DNA from: Squalus acanthias
Taxonomy: Eukaryota
DNA: 64,000 nucleotides
Reading direction: 5' to 3'
NCBI GenBank assembly: GCA_030390025.1
Contig: CM059430.1
Coordinates: 62,496,001-62,560,000 of the forward strand
In this document: positions 11,845 through 23,399 of the stretch, in pieces
Layout of the letters: the number at the start of each line of letters is the position of its first letter
Numbering within the stretch: the stretch's first letter is position 1
The notes under the pieces: generated by a model
What the model was told of the DNA's origin: nothing
The model's database searches: none
What the model saw: only the letters and a program-made list of their open reading frames with translations
Made by a program: the position numbers and the translations under genes

Positions 11845-11899
11845 CTGTCTATATAATCTGCCGGAGTGTCAGGCACAGGAAAAGCAAAGCCGCCGACAT
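11845..11899 (-). pseudogene. Gene A exon 1, signal peptide with in-frame stop
   Basis: Translates as MSAALLFLCLTLRQII*T with a phase-1 donor G|gtaact. The TAG is at 11851-11849. It aligns to the gene B leader. Confidence 0.8.
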
Positions 11900-12060
11900 T
11901 CGGAGCAACTGATGAAACTCTGCAGTAACTGCGAGTTTGCAACTGTTAAAAAAGGTTTGCGGTTTATTTTCAATTAGATATGCCGCAATGACATTTGACA
12001 TCATGTAACTGCGGGTTCAGAAATTTGCCTTCGTTTGTGATGTGAGATTTTCTAACTTCT
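11900..12060 (-). promoter_or_regulatory. Candidate proximal promoter of gene A
   Basis: Blocks are conserved with the gene B upstream region (TCACAAACGAA, GATGTCAAA(T/C)GTCAT, AAATAAA..GCAAACC). It also has a RUNX-like AACCGCA. Confidence 0.5.
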
Positions 12061-12149
12061 GCACTTAATTCGACTGCTCGAATCACATGTGTCACAGACA
12101 GCAAAGAGTAAGGTAACATTTTTGATTTTCAAATGCAAAACTTACTAAC

Positions 12150-13135
12150 ACACGCGCAGTCAGTGTTGTTTCTTGACAAGTTACGATAGTCTAAGCAGGT
12201 TCGACAACAGAGGAGAAGAGTTGGAGAATGGTGATTTGGTTCACCATTTCAAAGACTACAGAGAGGTTGAGAACGAACAAAAGATGAGATTACGCACCAC
12301 GGTCACATTCACACATATTGCAATTCATGACCTTGGTTCGGCCGTTTAGGTGTGTGAGAGGTGGAAACTGGGTGGAGAGATTGAAAAAAGAGCTGATTGG
12401 GATATAGGCACGCGTCTGTGAGGTGACAACATTCTGACTGTCTTAAGGGAGGAAAGGGAGTTTGGATATGTGGTAGCAGTTTGCAAGAAGGGAGCAGTCG
12501 AGAGTGAGTTTATTTGGAAGGGATGGTGACAACGGTTTCCAAACGAAAGGGAGAGGCTCTAAGGAGAGGCAGCATTTAAAATGTTAGGTTTGATGGGGAC
12601 AAGAAAAGGAAGTTGGATGGTCAGTGATTAAGTCTGAAGAGGGTCTGTGGAGCAGGAGGTGGTTCACGTGGATTAGATGAGCTTAGAGAGTGCATGTGGG
12701 GAAGAAGGAAGAGATGATATAGGGAAACAAGGATTCAGAGGTATCTTATGACGTGGAGGAGAGATTTGGCCTGGTGTGCAAGGTGAAAGGAGAAAGCTGT
12801 AGAGGTAGCTGCGCGGATGGTCTCTATTTCATGACAAAGAAATCATGAGCTCTTTGAACATGTTGTTAGCTGAGATATGTTTAAGCAGGTGGTTGATAGA
12901 GGGGGAAAGTAACGGTTGGTTACCATTGCTCTCCAGGGCAATTATAGGGCAGTGGGCAGTTATAGCAGAGATCAGGGAGACTCTGCAACGCTTCACTTGG
13001 TCCAGCCAGAATAGGCTTTGGATGCCTGCACCACTTGTTTGCAAGATGCGGTCAAATGGACTTGAGGAGGTGAAGATAAAGAGCACACCAGGGTTATAAC
13101 CAGAATAGGAGGCAGTGAAGGATTTGCTTGGCATA
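12150..13135 (-). mobile_element. Old LINE (L2-like) fragment
   Basis: Degenerate purine-rich sequence resembling an L2 endonuclease/linker region; no intact motif was found. Confidence 0.4.
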
Positions 13136-13384
13136 AGTTCATTTATTCTTGATTTCTGTTTCTTATAAACAGGTTTCTAAATTATTTCATTCGAGGCGTG
13201 CACAGTTCCAAGTTTCATATCTCAGAAACTCACCTTGGTACAGAGCTGCAGAATCTCTTACTCGCCATGGGAAATTTGATAATTTATAGATCTCCCATGC
13301 TGATGCTCAAAGTAAGTTTGAGGATACAATATTCAACAAGATTTCTGTTAGAGCTCCATCATTTGTAGCAATCTTGAATCCTTG

Positions 13385-13530
13385 TCAGAGGATTGTGGTT
13401 TCATTCCCCACTCCAGAGACGTCAACGCATCATCTAGACTGTCACTTCACTGCTGTGTTGGGGTGTGCTGCACTGTCGGAGATGTCGTTTTTCAGGTGAA
13501 ATTTTAAATAGCCACGTCTGTCCTCTCAAA
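13385..13530 (+). mobile_element. Deu-domain SINE fragment
   Basis: It is the reverse complement of part of 21640-22095 (GCTGCACTGTCGGAGATGTCG). Confidence 0.6.
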
Positions 13531-14579
13531 TCGGTCAGTCATTCTTTCTTGCATTTTTTTTTTCTTACTTTCTGCATTCTTTCTATCGAGTTTTATTTCT
13601 TTCTAGCTTTCTTTCTTGCTTTCTTTCTTTCTAGCTTTCTTCCTTCCTTCCATGTAAGGGTTGCACCTCAACAGGTCTGGGACCAATGTTCTCGCGGGGA
13701 TGTTAACTAGTACTTTGGGAGGGGCGCACCAGAATGAAGCATTAGAGATAAGATACTAGGTGCACAGATGACTCAGAGAGACAAATCGTACTAGAATAAA
13801 GAGTAGTTCAGCAATAGAACGGAACAGACAGGATTGAAATGCGAGGCAGAATAACATGTGTTTAGAGAGCACGTGTGTGAATGTTTTGAGCATGCTAAGT
13901 AAGGTTGGTAAACTACAGGCACAAGTAGGCACATGGGAGTATGAATTAATGGGAATAACGGAAACCTGGCTTAATGGACGACCTCATTTATCCAGCATAG
14001 ACTGGGGTAATAAAGGTGTAAATGGCAAAAAGGGGTTAAAAGATATGTTTCTCATATAAAGGATTATTGAGACACCGAATATCTTAATGTAAGTTGCTAA
14101 TGAGGCAGAAACTATAATATAATTCAAACGGCAAATAGATATGTAATTCCTAATTTATTCTGGGGATATGAGCGTCGCTGGCAAGGCCGCCATTTATTGC
14201 CCATCCCCAGTGGCCCTTGAGAAGGTGATGGCGGGCTTCCTTCTTAAACGCTGCAGTGCAAGTGGTTAAAGTGCTCCCACAATGCTGTTCGGTAGGGACT
14301 TCCAGGATTTTCATCCATCAACGTTGAAAGGATATCAGCGAAAGGACAGCGAATGAAATGAGAGAGCTCCAGGTGACGAAGTGGTACTGGCACAGGCGGA
14401 TTGACTCAATGGCCTCCTCCTGCTCTGCAATTTCATTGGTTCTATAAATTGGTTTTAGCGTCTCTGGGCAATGTCGGGGGTATAATCAAGGTTCTAGCTT
14501 ATGATCCCTTCTGTAATTAACATATTCTGTGATGCCGGCTCAGGGTCACTGTCTAAGTTGACACATAAACTATTACATC

Positions 14580-15790
14580 TTGGGCAATTACCTCTATTCC
14601 ATTCTCCCAGTTTCTCCGTCTCCACCGCATCTGCTCTGACGATGCCACCTTCAATACTAATGCTTCCGACATGTCTTTCTTTTTCCTCAACCGAGGATTC
14701 CCCTCTACTGTGGTTGGCACGGCCTTTGAACGTGTCCGTTCTATTTCCCGCACTTCTGCTCTCAGCCCTTCCCCTCCCCCGCCCCCGGAATGACGATAGG
14801 GTTCCCCTTGCCCTCACTTTTCACCCCACCAGCCTCCACATTCAATGGATCATCCTCGCCTTTTCCACCACCTCCAGCGTGATCCCAACACCAAACGCAT
14901 CTTCCACTCACCTCACCTTTCAGCATTCCAAAGGGACTGCTCCCTCCGCGACAACCTGATCCACTCCTCTATAACCCCGAACACTCCTGCCCCTTCACCT
15001 GGCACCTTCACGTGCCAGCACAGGAGATGCAATACATGCCCTTTTACCTCCTCCCTTCCAACTGTCCAAGGCCCCAGACACTCCTTCCAGGTGAAACAGC
15101 GATTTACTTGTACTTCTTGCAATTTAGTACATTGTATTCGCTGCTTACGATGCGGTCTCCTCTAAAGTGAGGAGACCAAACGCAGATTGCGTGAACGCTT
15201 TGCAGAACAACTCTGTTCCGTCCTTAAGGGTGAGCTCGAGCTTCTGGTCTCCTGTCACTTTAATTCTCCGCTTCACTCCCACTCTGACCTCTCCGTCCTT
15301 GGCCTCTTACACTCTTCCAATGAAGCTCAACGTAAGCTCGAGGAACAGGACCTCATTTTCGATTAGGCACTTCTAAGCCTTCTGGACTCAACATCGAATT
15401 CAACAATTTCAGGACGTAACCTCGGCCCCTATCTTTTTTTCATTTTTTTCTCTCTCTCACATGGCAGCTGTCGATCATTCAGCAATTGCCATTTACACTT
15501 CATCCAGAGCCATCTTTTGTTTCTTAACTTGTCCCATTACCATCTCCTTTTGCCTTGCACCATCGTCCCGTTTGTCTCTTAATCTCTCCTGACTTCCATC
15601 CTATCACAGACCTTCCCTTTTGTTCTTTCCTCCCCTCCCCCTTTTCCTGCCCCAACACTTACTTAAAAACCTGTTCCATCTTTAGCTTTTTCCGGTTCTG
15701 ACGAAGGGTCATCGACCTAAAACGTTAACTCTGTTTCTCTCTCCACAGATGCTGCCTGACCTGCTGAGTACTTCCAGCATTTATTGTTTT
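14580..15790 (+). mobile_element. Penelope-like element (GIY-YIG end plus 3' repeat)
   Basis: Motifs RVPLALTFHP, C.HRRCNTCP and RFTCTSCNLVHCIRCLRCGLL..ETKRRLRERFAE, with a typical tail ending in TCTGACGAAGGGTC...AACGTTAAC...GCTGAG. Confidence 0.88.
15690..15735 (+). ncRNA. Degenerate minimal hammerhead ribozyme motif of the Penelope element
   Basis: CUGACGA core, stem GGTC-ATC-GACC, then AAAAC in place of the conserved GAAAC. Confidence 0.55.
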
Positions 15791-16317
15791 TACCTCTTGG
15801 GCAAGCTCCAGAGACCCGCAAAACGCCCTGTCGTCAGGAAAAATCTGCACTTCTTGGAGAGGAGAAAAGTGGTTAAACAAATATTTTGAAGCCGACTTTC
15901 TGAATTAATAAACCACTCTCTTACCATTAACGGAAGTTGATTTCACCTGTTCCACAATAATGCCCATCAGCATCAGGATTTCCAGCTAACCCAGAAACAC
16001 CCGAACAACAGGAAGCGCTCGATTCCGCCACTGTGGCCCACATTTTAGGAATAAAATAGAGCTGCATGGTTATGCCAGACTGATGGCGGCAGTAGAATTG
16101 AACCCTCAATGAAACAATGTCGGGGCGACAGGAAATAAATCATCTTTTATATTAGAAACAACATTATTTTGGTTCTAAGGATTTCGTTAAAAATACCGAA
16201 CAGGGAAATTTACCGCAAGGCTGCAAACAACGGCCAGAGGAGTTCAGAACCCAGTACTATCTATCGATGTCTTTGTTACCACGATTTTGTAATTTCAAGA
16301 TATTGCGTTACACTTTA

Positions 16318-16680
16318 GGCCGCGACTTCGCTGACCTCGGCGGGTCCGTGTCGGGCTACGTGGGTGGCGGGTCCAGACCGCGTTGTTTGCTCCATCCCCC
16401 AGTGTGAAATTATTACACCTTGATTCGGCCCGCGCATCGCGTTTCCCGGCCAATGATATGAAGCGGGTCTGGTGACGTCATATGATGACGCGTCATCAAC
16501 CAGTTTCCTGAAATGGACCAAGTCCAAATTTATGTTGACATTTGTGCTGTCAGTTTTCTACAGCTGCTAACACTGGCAACTACTGCACAGAGGTGCAGAG
16601 CTGCTCCCAGGCTCTCCCAAGACGTCCTCCATATGCTTATGCAGAGAGTCACAGCAGGCAGGGAGTCACAGCACACAGTG
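16318..16680 (+). mobile_element. Possible Harbinger 5' fragment with Myb/SANT-like ORF start
   Basis: It has a GGCC start, a GC-rich arm, and the peptide RAAPRLSQDVLHMLMQRV resembling a Harbinger Myb-like protein N-terminus. Confidence 0.4.
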
Positions 16681-16686
16681 GTGTTC

Positions 16687-17556
16687 CACAAGGGTCGCTA
16701 CTGCTTTTGTTGATATATATTAATGACTTGGACTTGGGTGTACAGGGCATAATTTCAAAATATGCAGATGACACAAAACTTGGAAGTATAGTGAACAGTG
16801 AGGATAATAGTGATAGATTTCAAGAGGGCATAGACAGGCTGGTGGAATGGGCGGATATGTGGCAAATGAAATGTAATGCAGAAAAGTGCGAAGTGATACA
16901 TTTTGGTAGGATAAACGAGGAAAGTCAATGATCTGGAATGCACTGCCTGGAAGGGTGGTGGGGGTGGATTCAATCGTGGCTTTCAAAAGGGAATTGGATA
17001 AGTACATGAAGGAATAAACATTGCACGGCTACGGCGAAAGGGCTGGGCGAGTGGGATTAGCTGAAGTGCTCTTGCAGAGATCTGGTACGGGGTCGACGGG
17101 CCGAACGGCTTCCCCTTCTGTGCTGTAACCATTCTACGCTTCTATTCTGTGATTCTATGAATTATGATGTTACAAGACTTGTTTCCGGTTGTAAGCCTCA
17201 GCTTAATGCTGAAACGAAAAACAAAGCATTTTCAAACAGGTCGAGTAATTTGGTTGGTTCCTCTTTATTTAATGGTTATACCCCCAACACCATTCTAGGC
17301 AGTGCATTCCAGATTATTGACTTTCCTCGTTTATCCTTCCAAAATGCATCACTTCGCACTTTTCTGCGTTACATTTCATCTGCCACATATCCGCCCATTC
17401 CAACAGCCTGTCTATGTCCGCTTGAAGTCGATCACTATCCTCCTCACTGTTCACCATACTTCCAAGTTTTGTGTTATCTGTATATTTTGAAATTGTGCCC
17501 TGTACACCCAAGTCCAAGTCATTAATATATATTAAGAAAAGCAGTAGCGACCCTTG
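16687..17556. repeat. Local inverted duplication of an internally deleted CR1 fragment
   Basis: ~16687-16966 is the reverse complement of ~17259-17556; ORFs 16542+ and 17314- are near-identical. Confidence 0.9.
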
Positions 17557-17949
17557 GGGAAATTATTGTTTTAATACGTTCTTAGCAATTCATCATTGGT
17601 GCTGTTTCTACCCTCCTTCTGCACAATTGGTTTGGGCTTACACATATCAGTTATCATTTGTTGATTTTTAATGATGTTAACCTAACTTAAACACATCAGG
17701 TGTAAGTGTTATAAAACGACACTATCTTCGAGATAGCTTGTTGGCATTCTCCTACCAGAATGGTGTGGTTTTAAATTCCCAGATTTCTTAAAATCGACAG
17801 GGTTAGACTCCTGGAATTGATCAGCTCTTTCGTGTTTCGGTCCGTGATTGTCAACGTGCTCCAAATATTGAGTATGTGGATGAACAATGTTGTCACACGA
17901 GGAAAGGCGGTCAAAGGGCCATGGTGCATCTCACCATCAACGTTGAAAA

Positions 17950-18385
17950 GAATCATAGAATCATTGAAATTTATGGCACAAAAGGAGGCTATTCGGCCCA
18001 TCGTGTCTGCACCGGCCGTAAAAGAGCCATCCAGCCGAATCCCACTTCCCAGCTCTTGATCCAAAGCCTTGCAAGTTACAGCACTTCAATGTATATCCAA
18101 GTACGATTTAAATCTGATGAGGGTTTCTACCTCTACAACCCTTTCAGGCAGTGTGCTCCAGACCCCCAAGGCCCTCTCGGTGAAAAAAGTTCTCCTCAAC
18201 TCTCCTCTAATCCTTCTACCAATTACTTTAAACCTGTGCCCTTTGGTTTTTGCCTTCTCTGCTAATTGATATACCCGCTCCCTATCCACTCTAACTAAGT
18301 TCCTTATAATTTTATACACCTCAATTATGTCTCCGCTCAGCATAATCTGTTCCAAAAAAACATTCTCAGCTTATCCAATTTTTCC
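17950..18385 (-). mobile_element. CR1 LINE 3' end
   Basis: Motifs GDIIEVYKII and FFTERALGVWSTLP. Confidence 0.88.
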
Positions 18386-18389
18386 TTTA

Positions 18390-19830
18390 TTTTATTCGCT
18401 CATGGGATGTGGGAACCGCTGGCAAGGCCAGCATTTATTGCCCATCACTAGTTGCCCTGGAGAAGATGGTGGTGAGTTGCCTTCTTTAACCGCTGCAGTC
18501 CATGTAGTGATTGTACTCCCACATTGCTGTGAGAGAGGGAGTTCCAGGATTTTGACCCAACGATGATGAAGGAAAGACTATTTACCTCAAAGTCAGGATG
18601 GTGTATGACTTGAAGGGGAACGTGAAGGTGGTGCTGTTCTGATGCATCTGCTGCCCTTATCATACTAGGTGGTAGAGATCGTGGGTTTGGGAGGTGCTGC
18701 CAAAGAAGCCTTGGCGAGTTGCTGCAGTGCAACCTGGAGACAGTACACACTACAGCAACGGTACGCCGGTGGTAGAGGGAGTGAATGTTTAAGGTGGTGG
18801 ATGGGGTGCCAATTAAGCGGGCTGCTTTGTCCTAGATGGTGTCGCGCTTTCTGAGTTGTTGGAGCTGCACTCATCCAGGCAAGTGGAGAGTATTCCATCA
18901 CGCTCCTGACTTGTGCCTTGTAGATGGTGGAAAGCCTCTGGGGAGTCAGGAAGTGAGAGACTCGCCGTAGAATACCAAGCCTCTGAACTGCTCTTTTTAC
19001 GACAGTATTTATGTGGCTGGTCCAGTTAAGTTTCTGGGCAATGCTGATCCCCCAGATGTTGCTGGTGGGGTATTCGGGTTTGTAATGCCGTTGAATGTCA
19101 AGGGGTGGTGGTTCGGCTCTCGCTTGTTGCCTGGCACTTGTTTGACGCGAATGTTACCTGCCACTTATCTGCCCAAGCCTGAATGCCCTCCAGGTCTTGT
19201 AGCATGCGGGCATGGACTTCTTCATTATCTGAGGAGTTGCGGATGATACTGAATACTGTGCAGTCCTCAGCGAACATCCCCACTTCTGATCTTATGAAGG
19301 ACAGAAGGTCATTAATGAAGCAGCTGAATATGGTTCGGCCTAGGACACTGCCCTGAGGAACTCCTGCAGCGATGTCCTGGGGCTGAGATGAATGGCCTCC
19401 ACTTACCACAACCATCTTCTTTTGAGCTCGGTATGACTCCAACCAGTGGAGAGCTTTCCCCCCAATTCCCATTGACTTCAGTTTTCCTAGGGCTCCTTGA
19501 TGACATACTCGGTCAAATGCTGCCTTTACATCAAGGGCAGTCACTATCACCGCACCTCTGGAATTCAGACTTTTGTCCATGTTTGCACCAATACTGTAAT
19601 GAGGTATGGAGTCGACTGATCCAGGCGGAAACCAAACTGGGCATCAGTGAGTAATTGCTGCTTGATAACAATCTCGACGAAACCTTCCATCACTTTGCTG
19701 ATGATTGAAAGTAGACTGATGGGGCAGTAATTGGCCGGATTGGATTTATCCTGCTTGATGTGGATAGGACATAAATGGGCAGTTTTCCAAATTGTCGGAA
19801 AGATGCCAGTGTTATAGCTCTACTGGAACA
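18390..19830 (-). mobile_element. Non-LTR retrotransposon RT fragment (second LINE family, RTE-X/CR1-group-like)
   Basis: Motifs ALDVKAAFDRV, GVPQGSVLG, FAEDC and MEYSPLAWMSAAPTT. Confidence 0.88.
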
Positions 19831-19944
19831 CTTTTTAACCCTAACACTCTAATCTTTTTTAACCGAACACTCGCCACTAATGACTGCCGTGTCTCTCTCC
19901 ATCCTCCTGTCATTCTTCCTGCCCTATCCGTTAGGGCCCCTTTA

Positions 19945-20230
19945 TAGATTCGTAGGAACATAGAAACAGGAGCAGGCCATTGAGCCCCTGGAGCGTGTTC
20001 CGGCATTCAAAGAGATCATGGCTGATCTGTGACCTAACTCCACACACCCGCCTTTTTCCCAAATCCCTCAATACCTTAATTTAACAAAAGGCACTCAATC
20101 TCCATTTTAAAATTAACAATTGATCTGACATCAATTGCAGTTTGTGGAAGAGAGTCCCAAACTTCTACCACCCTTTGTGTGTAGAAGTTTATCCTAATTT
20201 CACTCTTGGAAGGTCTGGCTCTAACGGAAG
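19945..20230 (-). mobile_element. CR1 3' end
   Basis: Motif FYTQRVVEVWDSLP followed by a CR1 3' UTR. Confidence 0.8.
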
Positions 20231-20539
20231 CTGGCTTGGACATAGAAAACCAAGAATATAGGTAAATTGTCATTTTTTGAATTAGAAAGTTGTGGAGAGT
20301 GTGGTGGGGTGGTTGATGCAACAATGTAAATATATCAATACTAGCAATGTAATCAAATAGTGCAACTACAGCAACAGAAGACAATTGCCAACGGATCAGA
20401 TTGTGATTTTTGCAGTTGTTCGGCGCTGCTAATGATGGAAATGTAAACGTTAATGCATTTATTTGTACACAACATCCGCGATCAGAATTTATGTCATGGG
20501 CGACACCAATTCAATTATAAGTGCTGAGGTACTTCAGTT

Positions 20540-20985
20540 ATGTATAAGGACTGGGGAAGCGGGGATTGTTCTCATTCATGCAGAAAAGCATAAGAGGAGC
20601 TTTGCCAGAAGTGTTTAAAATCATGAACAGTTTTGCTGGAGTAAATTTGGAGCAACTGTTTCCAGTGGCAGAAGGGTCGATAACTAGAGGATACTGTTTA
20701 AAGTGATTTTATGTTGAACCAGAGGCGACATGAGGAAACTTTTTTTACGCAGCGCGTTGTTGTGATCTGGAATGCACTGCCTGAAAGGGTGGTGGAAGGA
20801 GTTTCAAAAGTAACTTTCAAAAAGGAATTGGATGAATAATTGAAGGAAAAACATACAGGGCTATGGGAAAAGAGCAGGGGTGTGGGACTAATTGAATAAC
20901 ACTAACAAAGAGCCGGCACAAGCACGATGGGCCGAATGGCGTCCCTCTGTGCGGTATCATTCTACGATTCTATGATTCTATGATC
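20540..20985 (+). mobile_element. CR1 3' end
   Basis: Motif FFTQRVVVIWNALP and a (GATTCTAT)n tail. Confidence 0.82.
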
Positions 20986-21639
20986 GCTACCAACTTCTAT
21001 TGCTAAGGTGTAAAATACTGTGACAGAACAACTTGAATTAGCAAATCCTCTTAATATAGTACCAATTATGGAGAAATGTTTACATTACTGGCCGAACTCT
21101 TGGTATTTTAGACATTTGTCCAGGTCCCACAATATCTGACCCCATGTAATCAATGTCACATTATTGTAGTACATCAAGAAATTACATCAAGCGCCAATAA
21201 TTTAACCAACGTTACCGTACGGAACCTATGTGTTGTTGATTAAATAAAATGTGCAGCATGAATCCAATTCATGGCCAGACCTGGGCGAGTTAGTCTCACA
21301 GATGCCACCTTAGTCATTCGTTGCAACTGAATTAGCAACATTCTCTGAAAATGGCTACAATTATGGGGCGATTAAAGAAAATGCGCTTCATTTTAGCCGA
21401 ACTCTGCTGCTGTTTTGGACATTATCCTGAGCTGCAATTTGGGAGCCCATGTGATCCATATTGCAGGATTGCTGTACATAAGGAAATTGCATCGAATGTC
21501 ACGGATTTAACCAATTTCACAGCACTGAAAAATCTGTGTGGACCAGTAAATAAAACGGCAGAAAATTCATGAAGGAAACATTTCTGCAGCTTGCCTTATA
21601 CTTAATATAATATATGAGATTGGAAACAATGGGACACAT

Positions 21640-22095
21640 GCAGGTGCCTTTTAGTGCCTTTCATGACCACCGGACTTCTCGACGCGATTTACAGCAAATT
21701 AAGTACTTTTTGGAGTTAGCCATTGTAGCAATATAAGAAACGCGGCAGCCAATTTGCGCACGGCAGGCTCCCATAAACAATAATTTGATACTGACCAGAT
21801 AATCTGCTTTTGCTTTATGTTGATTGAGGGATAAATATTGGCAAGTACAGTGGGATAACTATCCTGCTAGTCTTCGAAATAGTGCCATGTGATCTTTTAC
21901 GTCCACCAGAGAGAGCAGACGGGGCCTCGGTTTAATCTCTCAGCCGAAAGACGGCACCTCGGACAGTGCAGCACTCCCTCAGCACTGCACTGGAGTGTTA
22001 ACCTAGATTTGTGTGCTCAAGTCCCTGGAGTGGGATTGTGAACCAACAATACTTCTGACTCAGAGGTGAGAGTGCTACTCACTGAGCCAAAGCTG
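21640..22095 (-). mobile_element. tRNA-derived Deu-domain SINE (SacSINE1/AmnSINE1-like)
   Basis: The minus strand begins with a tRNA-like head (TGGCTCAGTGAGTAGCACTCTCACCTCTGAGTCAGAAG...GGTTCACAATCCCACTCCAG), followed by a Deu-like core. Confidence 0.72.
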
Positions 22096-22099
22096 ACAC

Positions 22100-22870
22100 T
22101 CAAGGAACTGAAAGAAATTAGTATTAGTAAAAAGATAGTACTGGAGAAATTAACGGGACTGAAAGCCGATAAATCTCCTGGATCTAATGGCCTGCATCCT
22201 CGGGTTTCGAAAGAGGTATAAATAGAGATAGTGGATGCATTGGTTGTCATTTTCCAAAATTCCATAGATTCCAGAACGGTTCCCATGGATTGAAAGGTGG
22301 CAAATGTAACCCCACTATTTAAGAAAGGAGGGAGATAGAAAACGGGAATGAGAGGCCAGTTAGCCTGACATTGGTAGTAGGGAAAATGCTATAATCTATT
22401 AGTAAGGATGCTTAGAAAATAATAATAGGGTTGGGCAGAGTCAACGTGGATTTATGAAAGGGAAATCGTGTTTGACAATCTTTTAGAGTTTTTTGCGGTT
22501 GTAACTAGGAGAATAGATAAGGGGGAACCAGTGGTTGTGGTGCATTTGGATTTTCAGAAGGCATTGGATAAAGTGCCAGACAACAGGTTATTAAACAAAC
22601 TAAGAGTTCATGGGATTGGGGGTAATATACTAGCATGGATTGAGGATTGGTTAAGCAACAGAAAACAGAGAGTAGGAATAAACGGGTCATTTTCGTGTTG
22701 GCAGGCTGTAACTAGTGAGGTACCACAAGGATCAGTGCTTGGGCCTCAGCTATTCACAATCTACATCAATGATTTGGATGAGGGGACCAAATGTAATATA
22801 TCCAAATTTGCTGATGATACAAAGCTGGGTGGGAATGTAAGTTGTGAGGAGGATGCAAGGAGACTTCAAG
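22100..22870 (+). mobile_element. CR1 RT fragment
   Basis: Motifs LDFQKALDKVP, VPQGSVLGPQLF and FADDTKL. Confidence 0.92.
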
Positions 22871-23399
22871 AATTTCTACAGCATTGAAGGAATATAAAAC
22901 AGTTCTGAAGCGTCGAGTTGTTTAAATTCCCCTTAAAGAATACATTGCCTATGATTATGCACAAGATGGTTGAAAAGACAATGCGCAGACATATGCCCAG
23001 AAGCAAATAAAGCGACCAACACATGCACGGCGAATTTATCGTGGCTGTGGATACATATTGACAAAGTATCCAACTTCGAATGTCAATGGGAGCACATCTT
23101 GTCTCTCTCCGTCCAGGTAGATTTGTAGAATCGTATTTTTCTGGTGGCTTAATATAAAGATAATCCTTGCTGCAAGTAAATAGTCACGGTTTATATTACA
23201 ATTAATACATAATCAAAGTAAAAATATGAATACGAATGGATAATCAACTCAACGGACCAAAAACTATGATTTTTTTAAATTTACATGATCTCTATTTAAC
23301 GTAGTAAACCCGTTTTACTATCTCACCACCCCACCCCTGTCCAACAGATTCATAATTTTAAAGACCTCTTTCACGTCACCTCTAAGTCTTCTTCTTCTT

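Larger units (their letters stand above)
611..11899 (-). pseudogene. Gene A: SIRP-alpha-like VJ-C1-TM-ITIM Ig-superfamily receptor pseudogene (whole locus)
   Basis: Exons were assembled by hand using AG/GT boundaries and compatible phases: leader 11899-11845, V 11681-~11383, C1 9693-9381, TM 7462-7349, cyt1 6690-6647, cyt2 4411-4310 (duplicate 1093-992), cyt3 4107-3973 (duplicate 784-611). Lesions: TAG in the leader, a frameshift in V, and a +1 frameshift with loss of the first Cys in C1. Confidence 0.88.

Noticed and set aside
21990-22095. tRNA gene
   Set aside because: It is the tRNA-derived head of a SINE, with no complete cloverleaf.
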